This document shows positions 1-9,587 of a stretch of 64,000 nt of DNA, one piece after another. The notes beneath the pieces are model-generated. The model was not told where the DNA came from, did no database searches, and saw only the letters and a list, made by a program, of their open reading frames with translations. Origin of the DNA: an uncultured Gemmatimonadota bacterium (GTDB lineage Bacteria > Blakebacterota > Blakebacteria > Blakebacterales > Blakebacteraceae); NCBI GenBank assembly GCA_964576115.1, contig CAZNUA010000004.1, forward strand, positions 56,968-120,967. The letters are read 5' to 3'. Every line of letters begins with the position of its first letter. Position 1 is the stretch's first letter. The position numbers were made by a program, and so were the translations under genes.

Positions 1-2583
1 CTCGATCGGGGGGCGATCGACGTGGATCTCTCCGGTACCACAGGAGCGACATCGGCTCTGCTCATCGGGGCCGGAGTACCTCTCGATGCGGGCGAAATCG
101 CTCTGGGAGCCCGGGTTACGGGAGCGATTCGCAATCCCAGTGTACGCGGCAACGCGACCTGCGTGGCGCTCGAGCAGGGGGGATTGTCGATTCACGAGGC
201 CCGTCTGCGCGTCAATATCGCGCAGGTGTTCGGAGATCGAATCGGCACCTTCGGAGCCGAACTCGATTCTCTGAACAGCGGTGACGGGATCAGTATCGAC
301 GGGGCCCTGCTCGATGGACGGATTACCGGCGAGCGGGTTGTGCTGCAGCTCATGAGCGGCTGGTGGCAGGAGGGCGAAGCCAGCCTGCACGGCAATGTCA
401 CTCTCGCCGGCGACAGTCTGAGGGCTCGGGTCGATACCGGGCGCTTTCTGCATCGCGACCTCGATATCACGCATCTTGCCGGCGATTTTTCCCTGCACAG
501 CCGTACCGGAGCCGGGCCTTTTTCGCTCACGACCAGGTTCGCCGGAGGGGGTGCGGCCGAAATCAGCGGCTCCCGCAACGCCGAACACGAGGTGCAATTC
601 CGACTCGATCTGACCGATCTCGAGATGGCGCCCATCCTCGCCAGCGTCCAGACCGATACGCTCGCTCTCTCGGGTCGGATCGGCGGCACCATGCGGGGAC
701 GTATCGGGCAGCATCTGGAGAGCCTGGCCGTACGGGCCGTCGTCCGCGGCCCCTCTTTCGAAACCGAAGTCTGGGAACAGCTCGATCTCGAGGCGGCCTA
801 TGCCGCCGGCAGTGTGCAGCTGGACCGGCTTGTCCTGGTTGGTTCCGAAGCCGCCGGCCGCACAGGAGGCCGGCTGGAAGTGACCGGCAGTCTCACCGTG
901 CCAGACCCGAACGCTCCCAATGCACCGGGAAGTCTCGATCTGCAAGTTCTGACGACCGAGATCCAGCTCGGCGCGCTCGATCGCTACCTCCCGGGAGTGA
1001 CCCTGCGGGGCGATCTGAGTTCGCAGCTGCAGGTCGGGGGGACGTTCGTCGCCCCGATCATCAGGGGTGAAGCCGGCGTGCGCGAAGCCCAGATCGATAC
1101 CTTCGAGATCACCGAACTCACGACCCGGATCGCCCTGGACAGCGGCTCGCTCCAGCTGCGCAACGGCCGGCTCGCCTCGCTGGGCTTCGGGGCCGATTTC
1201 CAGGGTTCGATGCCGCTGGAACTGGCTTTCGTGCCCTTTACGGTCAGGGTGGACACGGCGGGTGCCATCGCCGCCTCCCTGCGTGGCCAGGGGAGTACGG
1301 CGGTGCTCATCCAGCCTCTGCGGGAGCAGATCGAAGATCTAGAGGGCGACCTCACGGTCGAGGTGGAACTGGCGGGCACCCTGGCCGATCCCCGGCTCGA
1401 CGGAAGCGTTCAACTCGTCAACGGGCGGCTCAAACCCGTCACCCTGGGCCAGGCGATCGAGGATCTGCAGGTCGCTCTGTCCCTGAGCGAAGCCCGGATC
1501 TCGATCGACCGTTTCACCGGGCGCCTGCCTCCCAACCGGCGCTACCGGAAGCGGCCGGGTGATTTCAGCCTGACCGGTGCGGTCGAACTCGGGGGAGCCG
1601 GCGGGCGAACCCGCTATGATCTCACCTTCCACGGCGAGGCTCTGGGGGTGAGCGAACCGACTGGCAGTATCTTCGCCGATCTCGATACAGAGCTGCACCT
1701 GCGGACCGCCTCCACCGCTCCACACCCCGTCCTGGAAGGCACGGTCGAGGTACGTCAGGCTCTGGCCGATGTGGGAATGATCCTCGACCTGATCGGAGCG
1801 GGGGGGAGCGGCCGGCCCGAAGCGGACGGGCGAGAGACCGGTTTCGAGATCAATGTGGAGATCGATATCCCCGGGCGGTTCAATGTCGTGGGCGGCGAGC
1901 TGGGCCAGGACGTGGATGTGGAACTGGTCGGCGACCTCATACTGCGTAAAAATCCTCTCGGCGAGCCCTACCTGCTGGGTACCCTCGAGGCCGTGCCGGG
2001 CCGGGGTCAACTGTTCGCCATCAACCGGCGCTGGTCGGTCGATGAAGCAATCATCACCTTCGGATCGATCGAAGAGATCAATCCCGATCTCAATGCCCGT
2101 TTCCTGACCGACGTCGAGGACATCAGGGTCATCCTGACCCTGACCGGAGACGTGCGCGAACCGCTGATCCAGTGGAGCACCGAAGGGGATGTTCTGACCA
2201 GCGAATGGGATATCTACCAGCTCCTGGCGCTGGGAGCGATCGGCATGGGACAGCAGGCCGGAGGGGCCCGCCGGGTGGTCGGAGACTTCATCGAGAACGC
2301 CGTGAGCCGTTCGGCCCAGGCCCTGCCTTTCGTGGATACGGTCGAAACCGAAGGGGTGTTCAACCGTCTGACCGGGGGCTCGCTCGACGAGAGCGCCCAG
2401 GTCAGCGTCGGCAAGTACATCGGCAGTTCGCTCTACCTGCGCTACTCCCGCTCTCTGGGCGGGACGACTCTGTGGGATGAGTGGCGCACCGAGTACCGTA
2501 TCTCACGTCGCTTCCGTCTCACCGGCACCTACGACCGCTATGGCCGGCTCATACTGGAACTGAAATGGCGCATCGAGTATTGA
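1..2583 (+). CDS. TamB-like translocation and assembly module protein (AsmA family, DUF490 C-terminus). Partial: the 5' end lies upstream of the window.
   Basis: The ORF runs off the start of the window. It is long and repetitive, rich in beta-strands and Gly/Thr/Leu. Its C-terminal end (…LRYSRSLGG…RFRLTGTYDRYGRLILELKWRIEY) resembles the conserved TamB/DUF490 tail. An Omp85 gene follows immediately. Confidence 0.55.
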   Translation, partial: LDRGAIDVDLSGTTGATSALLIGAGVPLDAGEIALGARVTGAIRNPSVRGNATCVALEQGGLSIHEARLRVNIAQVFGDRIGTFGAELDSLNSGDGISIDGALLDGRITGERVVLQLMSGWWQEGEASLHGNVTLAGDSLRARVDTGRFLHRDLDITHLAGDFSLHSRTGAGPFSLTTRFAGGGAAEISGSRNAEHEVQFRLDLTDLEMAPILASVQTDTLALSGRIGGTMRGRIGQHLESLAVRAVVRGPSFETEVWEQLDLEAAYAAGSVQLDRLVLVGSEAAGRTGGRLEVTGSLTVPDPNAPNAPGSLDLQVLTTEIQLGALDRYLPGVTLRGDLSSQLQVGGTFVAPIIRGEAGVREAQIDTFEITELTTRIALDSGSLQLRNGRLASLGFGADFQGSMPLELAFVPFTVRVDTAGAIAASLRGQGSTAVLIQPLREQIEDLEGDLTVEVELAGTLADPRLDGSVQLVNGRLKPVTLGQAIEDLQVALSLSEARISIDRFTGRLPPNRRYRKRPGDFSLTGAVELGGAGGRTRYDLTFHGEALGVSEPTGSIFADLDTELHLRTASTAPHPVLEGTVEVRQALADVGMILDLIGAGGSGRPEADGRETGFEINVEIDIPGRFNVVGGELGQDVDVELVGDLILRKNPLGEPYLLGTLEAVPGRGQLFAINRRWSVDEAIITFGSIEEINPDLNARFLTDVEDIRVILTLTGDVREPLIQWSTEGDVLTSEWDIYQLLALGAIGMGQQAGGARRVVGDFIENAVSRSAQALPFVDTVETEGVFNRLTGGSLDESAQVSVGKYIGSSLYLRYSRSLGGTTLWDEWRTEYRISRRFRLTGTYDRYGRLILELKWRIEY

Positions 2584-4463
2584 GCAGACGGCGGCTGGCG
2601 ATGCTTGCGGTCCTGACCGTGGCGTGCTTCCTGCTGCTCCCGGGCATAGCTCATGCACAACGCAAAGTAAGTGATGTATATATCGAGGGGAACGAAGTAT
2701 ACAGTGAACGCACATTGCGAAAAATGACCCGGGTCGGAGATCGTTCCCTGTTAGGATTGGGGAGCCTCCCGCGCTTCAATGTGCTGGTCATGCGTCGGGA
2801 TGTGGCCTACCTGAGGGCGTTCTATCACGACCAGGGTTATCTGCAATGCCAGGTAACGGCTGCAACCGAACCGGTCGGGGATCACCACCTGCAGGTGACC
2901 TTTTCGATCCGGGAAGGACAGCTGACAACCCTGGCCGGGATCGGCTTTGCGGGGAATACAATCTTCGACGATCAGCACCTGGCGGGCATGGTGCGCCGGC
3001 AGCGGGCCGGACGCCTGCGCGAAGGCGAACCGGTCAGCGAGGGAGCAATCATCGACGGATCCGACGCGATCCGGAGTCTGTACCTGGACGCCGGGTACTA
3101 TTTCGCCCGGATCCGCCCCCGGGTGGGCCGGCGCGATACGCTGACCGGAGCCGTCCCGCTGACCTACGATATTTCCGAGGGCTCGATCGTCGAGGTCTCG
3201 GCGGTGCAGATCGAGGGCACCCGGCATACCAAGAACTTCGTGGTCAACCGCGAGGTGATCCTCGATCCAGGTGACGTCCTGACCGAGGAAGACCGCCGGG
3301 AGAGCCAGCGCCGGCTCTACACCACCGGTCTCTTCCGTTCGGTCGGAGTCACGGTCGGCGATGTCGGGCCCGACTCCACCACCGCCACTGTTCTGGTGAC
3401 GGTCAACGAGATGCCGAAACGCTATGTGGGTACGGGGATCGGCATCGCCGGCGATCCCGAGGAACAGATCGACATGCGCCTGCATACCTCGGCCCAGTGG
3501 GGGCACCGCAATCTCTTCGGTACCGGCCGGGCGATCGAACTCTCGGCCAGCGCCGACCTGCAGGTCATCACGGCCTGGGATATGCTGCAGCGCGAGCTGG
3601 GTCTGCGCTACATCGAGCCCTGGTTCTGGGGCTCACGCACGCCCCTGACGGCGGCCTTCGCGCTCCGGCCGCGGACCTATCCCTCGTATACCGCCCAGGA
3701 GGTGAGCGCCGAGATCGGGGTCAGTCACGAGTTCAACCGGCAGATGCGCGGTTTCGTGAACTTTGCCTACCGGGTGATCGATACCGAGGTGCCGATCGAG
3801 GCCATCACCAGCCGGGATGAACTGCGCGGAATAAACGCCATGATCGAACGCGACAGCCGGGACAACATCCTGGCGCCGACATCGGGCAGCCTGACCCGCT
3901 TGAGCCTGAGCGGATACGGCGGGCCGCTGGGTGGGGGAGCGACCTACGGAACCGGTCTCTTCACCTGGTCGCGCTACCTGCAGACCGGCCAGCAGGCCAT
4001 CGTGGCGACCCGGATCCGGGTTGGAGCCGCCCTGCCGGCCGCAGGGGAAGAGGTACCGATCTTCGACCGTTTCTTCCTCGGCGGTGCGACGTCGGTGCGC
4101 GGGTACGAGGAGCGCCAGCTCGGCCCGGTCAATACCAGCACCGGCGCGGGGGGACGGACGACCTTCCAGTCGCGGGGCGGCCAGGCCATGGCCCTGTTCA
4201 ATATCGAACTGCGTCGCCCCCGTCATATCGGTCCCTTCGGGATCATCTTTTTCCTCGATGCCGGCAATGTCTGGGACGAGGTGCACGACATGGATTTCCA
4301 GCTGGCGCTTTCTTCCGGGCTCGGTCTCTTTCTCGAAACCCCGGTCGGCCCGGTACGCGTCGGGTATGCCTGGCGGTTGAATACCACCCGCGAGGAGGAG
4401 CTGAATCCGAGCTATGTCCTGCCGCGCAGTATCTGGCACGTGAGTGTGCTCTATGCCTTCTGA
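2565..4463 (+). CDS. bamA: Omp85-family outer membrane protein assembly factor (BamA/TamA-like)
   Basis: A signal peptide (MAHRVLSRRRLAMLAVLTVACFLLLPGIAHA) is followed by POTRA-like repeats and then an Omp85 beta-barrel. The protein ends in an aromatic residue (…VLYAF), the usual OMP beta-signal. The start at 2565 overlaps the tamB-like stop; an alternative ATG lies at 2601. Confidence 0.85.
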   Translation: MAHRVLSRRRLAMLAVLTVACFLLLPGIAHAQRKVSDVYIEGNEVYSERTLRKMTRVGDRSLLGLGSLPRFNVLVMRRDVAYLRAFYHDQGYLQCQVTAATEPVGDHHLQVTFSIREGQLTTLAGIGFAGNTIFDDQHLAGMVRRQRAGRLREGEPVSEGAIIDGSDAIRSLYLDAGYYFARIRPRVGRRDTLTGAVPLTYDISEGSIVEVSAVQIEGTRHTKNFVVNREVILDPGDVLTEEDRRESQRRLYTTGLFRSVGVTVGDVGPDSTTATVLVTVNEMPKRYVGTGIGIAGDPEEQIDMRLHTSAQWGHRNLFGTGRAIELSASADLQVITAWDMLQRELGLRYIEPWFWGSRTPLTAAFALRPRTYPSYTAQEVSAEIGVSHEFNRQMRGFVNFAYRVIDTEVPIEAITSRDELRGINAMIERDSRDNILAPTSGSLTRLSLSGYGGPLGGGATYGTGLFTWSRYLQTGQQAIVATRIRVGAALPAAGEEVPIFDRFFLGGATSVRGYEERQLGPVNTSTGAGGRTTFQSRGGQAMALFNIELRRPRHIGPFGIIFFLDAGNVWDEVHDMDFQLALSSGLGLFLETPVGPVRVGYAWRLNTTREEELNPSYVLPRSIWHVSVLYAF

Positions 4464-4633
4464 AATCATCCCGGTCGGGGGAGCACTGCTGGTGGAACGG
4501 ATCGAGGGATGCTACTTTACTCTGGTCGGGTTTGCCCTGGTGCGGCTCGAGCGCCTGCTGCGCCGTTGCGGAGTCCCGACCGCGGACTGGCTCGGTCCCG
4601 GGCCGCCCATGTCTTCGGGAGAACGGTCCTGAG

Positions 4634-5554
4634 ATGGCTCTGAACGAACTGAATTACGGCGAGTGGATCCGCCGCCGGCGGCGCGAGAAAGGACTCTCGC
4701 TGGACGCCGTCAGCGAAGCCACCCGTATCGACCGGCAGTACCTCGAGGCGCTCGAGGCGGGCAACATCGCCCTGCTGCCCGAGCCGTACATGCGGGCTTT
4801 CCTGAAGACCTACGCCACCTATCTCGGCCTGGACGGTACCGAGGCCGTTCGCCGCTTCGAGCTCTTCGTCACCGAACAGAACGAACGTCTGGAGAAAGTC
4901 AGGAGCACCGTCCGTGACAAGGAGGGGCGCCGTTCGGTTCCCCCTGCGGCCCGCGAACCGGAGCGCAGCGTGCCCCGCACCCCGCCCCCGACACCGGGCT
5001 TGCCCAAGAGCCGGGGCAGGGGCGGTTTCGGCCGTCTGGTGCTCCCGGTCGGAGTGCTGATCGTCGTCGCCGTCGCTCTGGTTCTGGTTCTGTCGAGCAC
5101 GCCTGAACCCCCGGCCGGCGGGGAGACCCAGCCGGGGGTCGCACCCGGGCCTGCAACCGCGACCCCCGCCGCCGATACCACCGCCGCCGGGACCGCAACC
5201 GAGCCGCCTCCTGCGCCCCCCGAGGACCGGCCGGCCGCACCGGTCGTCCGGGAACTCGTCGCCGAAGCCCTCGAAGACACCTGGATGCAGGCCGTGGCCG
5301 ACGGGGACACCGTCGTCACCCGGGTGATCGCCGCCGGAGCCCGGGTCGAGATCGCCTTCACCGATACCTTGAGGATCAAGCTCGGCAAGAACCGGGGCAT
5401 GCGACTCTGGCTCGACGAGGCCGAACTGACCGATCTCGGTTCGCCCGGTTTTATCCTGGCCCTGCTGCTGACCACCGAAGGCGTGGTCAGCCGGCGTCTG
5501 ACCTACCCGCCGGAGACGATCCCCGACTACCTCAACATCCCGCCGGTGCGGTGA
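4634..5554 (+). CDS. rodZ: RodZ-like cytoskeleton protein: XRE-type HTH, one TM helix, a Pro/Thr/Ala-rich linker and a DUF4115-like C-terminus
   Basis: The N-terminus (MALNELNYGEWIRRRRREKGLSLDAVSEATRIDRQYLEALEAG) is an HTH. A hydrophobic TM segment (LVLPVGVLIVVAVALVLVL) and a low-complexity PAT-rich linker follow, then a conserved C-terminal domain. Confidence 0.7.
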   Translation: MALNELNYGEWIRRRRREKGLSLDAVSEATRIDRQYLEALEAGNIALLPEPYMRAFLKTYATYLGLDGTEAVRRFELFVTEQNERLEKVRSTVRDKEGRRSVPPAAREPERSVPRTPPPTPGLPKSRGRGGFGRLVLPVGVLIVVAVALVLVLSSTPEPPAGGETQPGVAPGPATATPAADTTAAGTATEPPPAPPEDRPAAPVVRELVAEALEDTWMQAVADGDTVVTRVIAAGARVEIAFTDTLRIKLGKNRGMRLWLDEAELTDLGSPGFILALLLTTEGVVSRRLTYPPETIPDYLNIPPVR

Positions 5555-7560
5555 CCGCGGCCTACGCGCAGGTCGCCGTCGCCCTGCCGCTGAGGCGCAC
5601 TTTCACCTACCGTATCCCCGACGAACTGCGGGGCGAGCTGCCCCTCGGCTCGGCCGTCACAGTGCCCTTCGGGTCGCGTGCCGAACGCGGCTACGTGGTC
5701 GAGCTTGCCGGCGAACCCGGTCCCGACGCGCCGGGCCGCCTGAAAAACATTGCGGAGATGGCGATCCCCGGACCGCTCTTTCCGGCCGACCTGCTCGCGG
5801 TTACCCGCTGGATCGCCGGGTACTATCTATGCAGCTGGGGTGAGGCCTTGCACGCCTGCGTGCCGGCCGAGGGCGGGGCGCGCGCAGAGCCGCCGGAGCA
5901 ACTCGATGTCGAAGCGACCTCTGGCGCCCCGGGGTCGGGGCTGGTCCTGACTCCCCGGCAGCGGGAGGTTCTCGAACCGCTCCGGTCCGCGCTGGCCGAA
6001 GGCCGCTTCGAGCCCGCCCTGCTGCACGGTGTGACCGCCAGCGGAAAGACGGCCGTGTACGAGGAACTGGTCGCCGACGCTCTGGAGCGGGGGCGGGGGG
6101 CCCTGGTCCTGGTGCCCGAAATATCGATTACGCCCCAGATGATCGGTCTGTTCCGGAGTCGGTTCGGCGAACGGGTGGCCCTCTTCCACAGCCGGCTCAC
6201 ACCCCGCCGGCGCCGCCTCGAATGGCGACGCGTTCTGGCGGGCGAGGTCGACGTGGTGATCGGACCCCGTTCGGCGGTTCTGGCGCCCCTGGACCGCCCC
6301 GGGGTCATAATCGTGGACGAGGAGCACGAGAATTCCTACAAGCAGTCGGAGCCGGCACCCCGCTACCACGCCCGAGACGTGGCCGTGTACCGGGCCCGCG
6401 AGTGCGACGCCGTCTGCCTGCTCGGATCGGCCACTCCCAGCGCCGAATCGTGGCACAACGCCCGGGCGGGCAAGTACCTGCTGCTGAGTCTGCCCGAGCG
6501 GGTTTCGGACCGGGCCATGCCGGCGGTGCGTCTGGTCGATCTGACTCGCGAAAAGCGCTCTCCGGGCCGCTGGAGCCGGATTCTGAGCCGGGATCTGGAG
6601 GAGGCCCTCGAGGCTCGCCTGGCGCGTAAGGAGCAGAGCATTCTCTTCCTGAATCGGCGCGGTTTCAGTCCCGCCCTGGTCTGTCAGGCCTGCGGCGAGG
6701 CCGCCGAGTGTTCCAGCTGCAGCGTGGCCATGACCTACCACCGTCGCGACGGTCGGCTGCGCTGTCATTACTGCGGGAACAGCCGGAAACCGCCGGAGAG
6801 CTGCCCGCACTGCGGCTCGAAGGAGCTCCGCCACCAGGGTCTGGGTACCCAGCGGGTGGAGTCGGTCCTCGAAGAACGTTTTCCCGAAGCCCGGGTGCTG
6901 CGCATGGATTCCGACACCACCCGGCTGCGGGGCAGTCACGCCGCCATCTATGAGACCTTCGCCCGGGGTGAGGGCGATATTCTCCTGGGAACCCAGATGG
7001 TCGCCAAGGGCTTTCACTTTCCCGGCGTCACCCTGGTGGGCGTCATTTCGGCCGACGCTCAGCTGCACTTCCCCGACTTCCGGGCCAATGAGCGCACCTT
7101 CCAGCTCCTGGTGCAGGTGGCCGGCCGGGCGGGGCGGGGAGAGCGTCCGGGGGAGGTCATCATCCAGACCTTCTCGGCCGATAATCCGGGGGTGTACCGG
7201 GCGGTGGCGGGAGATTACGAGGGTTTCCTTGCCGCCGAGCTCGAGGCCCGCAAAGCCCTCGGTTATCCTCCCTTCGGGCGTATGATCAGGGTTCTCGTCA
7301 AAGCCCGCGACGAGGCCGCCGCGGCCCGGGCCGGGCGGCGGGTCGGCGAGCGCCTGCGGAGCAAAGCGGGCAGGGGGGTCGCCGTACTCGGGCCGGCTCC
7401 GGCCCCGCTCTACCGGCTCAATCGCTGGTACCGGGTACACCTCTTCCTGCGGGCCCCGACGGCCGGCGTTCTGCATCGCTGTGTGGAAGCCGCGGAGCTG
7501 GAGACGAGCCGGGGCGGTATCGTGATCGCGGTCGACGCCGATCCGATCGACGTTCTGTGA
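5551..7560 (+). CDS. priA: Primosomal protein N' (replication restart helicase PriA)
   Basis: Walker A motif (GVTASGKT), a DEEH box and two CxxC zinc-binding pairs (CQACGE…CSSC, CHYCG…CPHCG). GTG start overlaps the rodZ stop. Confidence 0.9.
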   Translation: MTAAYAQVAVALPLRRTFTYRIPDELRGELPLGSAVTVPFGSRAERGYVVELAGEPGPDAPGRLKNIAEMAIPGPLFPADLLAVTRWIAGYYLCSWGEALHACVPAEGGARAEPPEQLDVEATSGAPGSGLVLTPRQREVLEPLRSALAEGRFEPALLHGVTASGKTAVYEELVADALERGRGALVLVPEISITPQMIGLFRSRFGERVALFHSRLTPRRRRLEWRRVLAGEVDVVIGPRSAVLAPLDRPGVIIVDEEHENSYKQSEPAPRYHARDVAVYRARECDAVCLLGSATPSAESWHNARAGKYLLLSLPERVSDRAMPAVRLVDLTREKRSPGRWSRILSRDLEEALEARLARKEQSILFLNRRGFSPALVCQACGEAAECSSCSVAMTYHRRDGRLRCHYCGNSRKPPESCPHCGSKELRHQGLGTQRVESVLEERFPEARVLRMDSDTTRLRGSHAAIYETFARGEGDILLGTQMVAKGFHFPGVTLVGVISADAQLHFPDFRANERTFQLLVQVAGRAGRGERPGEVIIQTFSADNPGVYRAVAGDYEGFLAAELEARKALGYPPFGRMIRVLVKARDEAAAARAGRRVGERLRSKAGRGVAVLGPAPAPLYRLNRWYRVHLFLRAPTAGVLHRCVEAAELETSRGGIVIAVDADPIDVL

Positions 7561-7608
7561 GATCGCAGCCGGCTCGCTGATCAACCGGTCGAGCGGGGCT
7601 GAAATACC

Positions 7609-7636
7609 TTGACAGAAACGGTGTGAGGCCTATTCT
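7609..7636 (+). promoter_or_regulatory. Candidate sigma70-type promoter for rho: TTGACA, 16-nt spacer, TATTCT. It lies about 225 nt upstream of the rho ATG, implying a long leader.
   Basis: A perfect -35 hexamer at 7609-7614 and a -10-like TATTCT at 7631-7636, inside the 300-bp priA-rho intergenic region. Confidence 0.4.
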
Positions 7637-7860
7637 GCTATCGAATCCGGGAAGCGCGGTCCCGCACGAGGGACTGTCGCCTTCATTCCCCGTAGCGAAT
7701 TCCCGAAAATCATCTCCCTGGCACGTAGAGTGAGATTGTATCCCCCATGCGCCTCATGCGCACCCCGATGGAACCACCTGCTGCGGGCAACGTCGCCACC
7801 CCTGCCGACGATCGGATCCGGGCCGCCCGGCCCGGTTCCTGAGGCAGACAAGGAACAGGC

Positions 7861-9108
7861 ATGGACATAGCCGAACTGAAAGCGAAAAGTATTGCCGAGC
7901 TGATCGAGCTGGCCTCCTCGCTCGAGATCGAGGGTGTCTCGAACCTGCGCAAGCAGGAGCTGATCTTCCGTATCCTCGAAGCTGAAACCCAGCAGAACGG
8001 GAACATTTTCGCCGCCGGAGTGCTCGAGATCCTCCCCGACGGGTACGGTTTCCTCCGCTCAGCCGATTACAATTATCTGCCCGGTCCAGATGACATCTAC
8101 GTTTCCCCCAGCCAGATCAAGCGCTTCGGGCTGATGACCGGGGACACCGTTTCCGGGCAGGTCCGCCCTCCCAAGGAGAGCGAGCGGTTTTTCGCCCTGC
8201 TGCGGGTCGAGGCCATCAACGCCACCACCCCCGAGGAAGCCAAGCATCGCACCCTCTTCGACAACCTGACCCCGCTTTTCCCCAACGAGCGCCTGCAGCT
8301 CGAGAACTCCGAGGGAAATCTCTCGATGCGGATCATGGACCTGCTCAGTCCGATCGGCATGGGGCAGCGGGGCCTGATCACCTCGCCGCCGCGGGCCGGA
8401 AAGACGGTCCTGCTACAGCAGATCGCCAACTCGATCGCCGAGAACCACCCCGACGTGAAGATCATCGTTCTGCTGATCGACGAGCGGCCCGAAGAGGTGA
8501 CCGAGATGGCCCGTTCGGTCAAGGGCGAGGTCGTCTCGAGCACCTTCGACGAACCGGCCGAACGTCACGTGGTCGTGGCCGACATGGTGCTGGAGAAAGC
8601 CAAGCGTCTGGTCGAGCACGGCCTCGATGTGGTCATCCTGCTCGACTCGATCACGCGTCTGGCCCGGGCCCACAACACCGTCGTGCCCCACTCGGGCAAG
8701 ATTCTGAGCGGGGGAGTCGACGCCAACGCCCTGCAGCGTCCCAAGCGGTTCTTCGGCGCCGCGCGCAACATCGAGTTCGGCGGCAGTCTGACCATCATGG
8801 GGACCGCTCTGGTCGAAACCGGTTCGCGGATGGATGAAGTGATCTTCGAGGAATTCAAGGGCACGGGGAACATGGAGCTCGTGCTCGACCGGCGCCTGGC
8901 CGATCGCCGTATCTGGCCGGCCATCGACATCAACCGTTCCGGCACCCGGAAAGAAGAACTGCTGCTGACCGAGAAGGAACTGAGCCGGGTCTGGATCCTG
9001 CGTAAATTCCTCAACGAGATGAACCCGGTCGAGGCCATGGAGTTCCTGGTCGAGAAGATGGCCCATTCGAAGACCAACGACGAATTCCTCGACACCATGA
9101 ACCAGTAA
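7861..9108 (+). CDS. rho: Transcription termination factor Rho
   Basis: Rho N-terminal domain ([41 protein letters not shown]), an OB/CSD region and RecA-like ATPase motifs ([12 protein letters not shown]). Confidence 0.95.
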   Translation: MDIAELKAKSIAELIELASSLEIEGVSNLRKQELIFRILEAETQQNGNIFAAGVLEILPDGYGFLRSADYNYLPGPDDIYVSPSQIKRFGLMTGDTVSGQVRPPKESERFFALLRVEAINATTPEEAKHRTLFDNLTPLFPNERLQLENSEGNLSMRIMDLLSPIGMGQRGLITSPPRAGKTVLLQQIANSIAENHPDVKIIVLLIDERPEEVTEMARSVKGEVVSSTFDEPAERHVVVADMVLEKAKRLVEHGLDVVILLDSITRLARAHNTVVPHSGKILSGGVDANALQRPKRFFGAARNIEFGGSLTIMGTALVETGSRMDEVIFEEFKGTGNMELVLDRRLADRRIWPAIDINRSGTRKEELLLTEKELSRVWILRKFLNEMNPVEAMEFLVEKMAHSKTNDEFLDTMNQ

Positions 9109-9257
9109 GGGAACCACGCCCGCCCTTCGGCGTTGCAGCAGTGGGGCCGAACCCGAACCATCTCGGGGCTTGCGTTGAGACGAGGTTGAACTGAGATTGT
9201 CGGTAGAGCCTGAGAGAAAACCGTACCTTCGGCGGGCCAGACTGAGGTGAGGAGACG

Positions 9258-9500
9258 ATGAAGCCCGATATTCACCCGGATTACCATGAAGTGACCGTCA
9301 CCTGTGTGTGCGGGAACACTTTCAAGACCCGTTCGACGGCTGAAAAGATCGAACTCGAGATCTGCTCGAACTGTCACCCGTTCTACACCGGCAAGCAGAA
9401 GCTGGTCGACACGGCCGGACGGGTCGAGCGTTTCCGGCGACGTTACGCCCAGGCCAGCGACCAGAAGAAGAAGAAGGAGAAGGGCGCGACGTCGAACTGA
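9258..9500 (+). CDS. rpmE: 50S ribosomal protein L31, zinc-ribbon type
   Basis: [48 protein letters not shown]: canonical L31 with CxCG…CSNCH zinc ligands. Confidence 0.9.
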   Translation: MKPDIHPDYHEVTVTCVCGNTFKTRSTAEKIELEICSNCHPFYTGKQKLVDTAGRVERFRRRYAQASDQKKKKEKGATSN

Positions 9501-9527
9501 GAGCAACCGCTCGATTGCGAGCCACCG

Positions 9528-9572
9528 GGTGATGGGCTGTCCGAGGGAGCGGTTCATCACCCGTTCTTTTTT
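9528..9572 (+). terminator. Possible intrinsic terminator or attenuator: a GGTGATG/CATCACC stem around a structured 20-nt loop, followed by a T6 run. It sits between rpmE and prfA.
   Basis: The inverted repeat spans 9528-9534 and 9555-9561, followed by …CGTTCTTTTTT at 9562-9572. This is 15 nt before the prfA start. Confidence 0.3.
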
Positions 9573-9587
9573 CCCGAGGCGCACGAG

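Noticed and set aside
5827-7584. 585-aa ORF on the minus strand, antisense to priA. Many similar long antisense or alternative-frame ORFs exist: 8565-9878, 11515-12816, 19492-20721, 20990-22606, 24618-25880, 25956-28460, 29016-30818, 30653-32122 and 59755-61992.
   Set aside because: In a genome of about 70% GC with G/C at most third positions, stop codons are rare in the antisense frames. All of these lie opposite strongly conserved, recognisable genes (PriA, Rho, MurA, GlnD, GlnE, PurH, MreB, PBP2, RodA, ValS). Their translations are low-complexity Arg/Pro/Gly/Ala-rich sequence with no recognisable domains.
9109-9257. Small hairpins (cgcc-cttc-ggcg and ccg…cgg) downstream of rho, considered as a rho terminator or an L31 leader structure
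   Set aside because: The stems are only 3-4 bp and there is no following U-tract. I could not distinguish them from chance GC-rich palindromes by eye.
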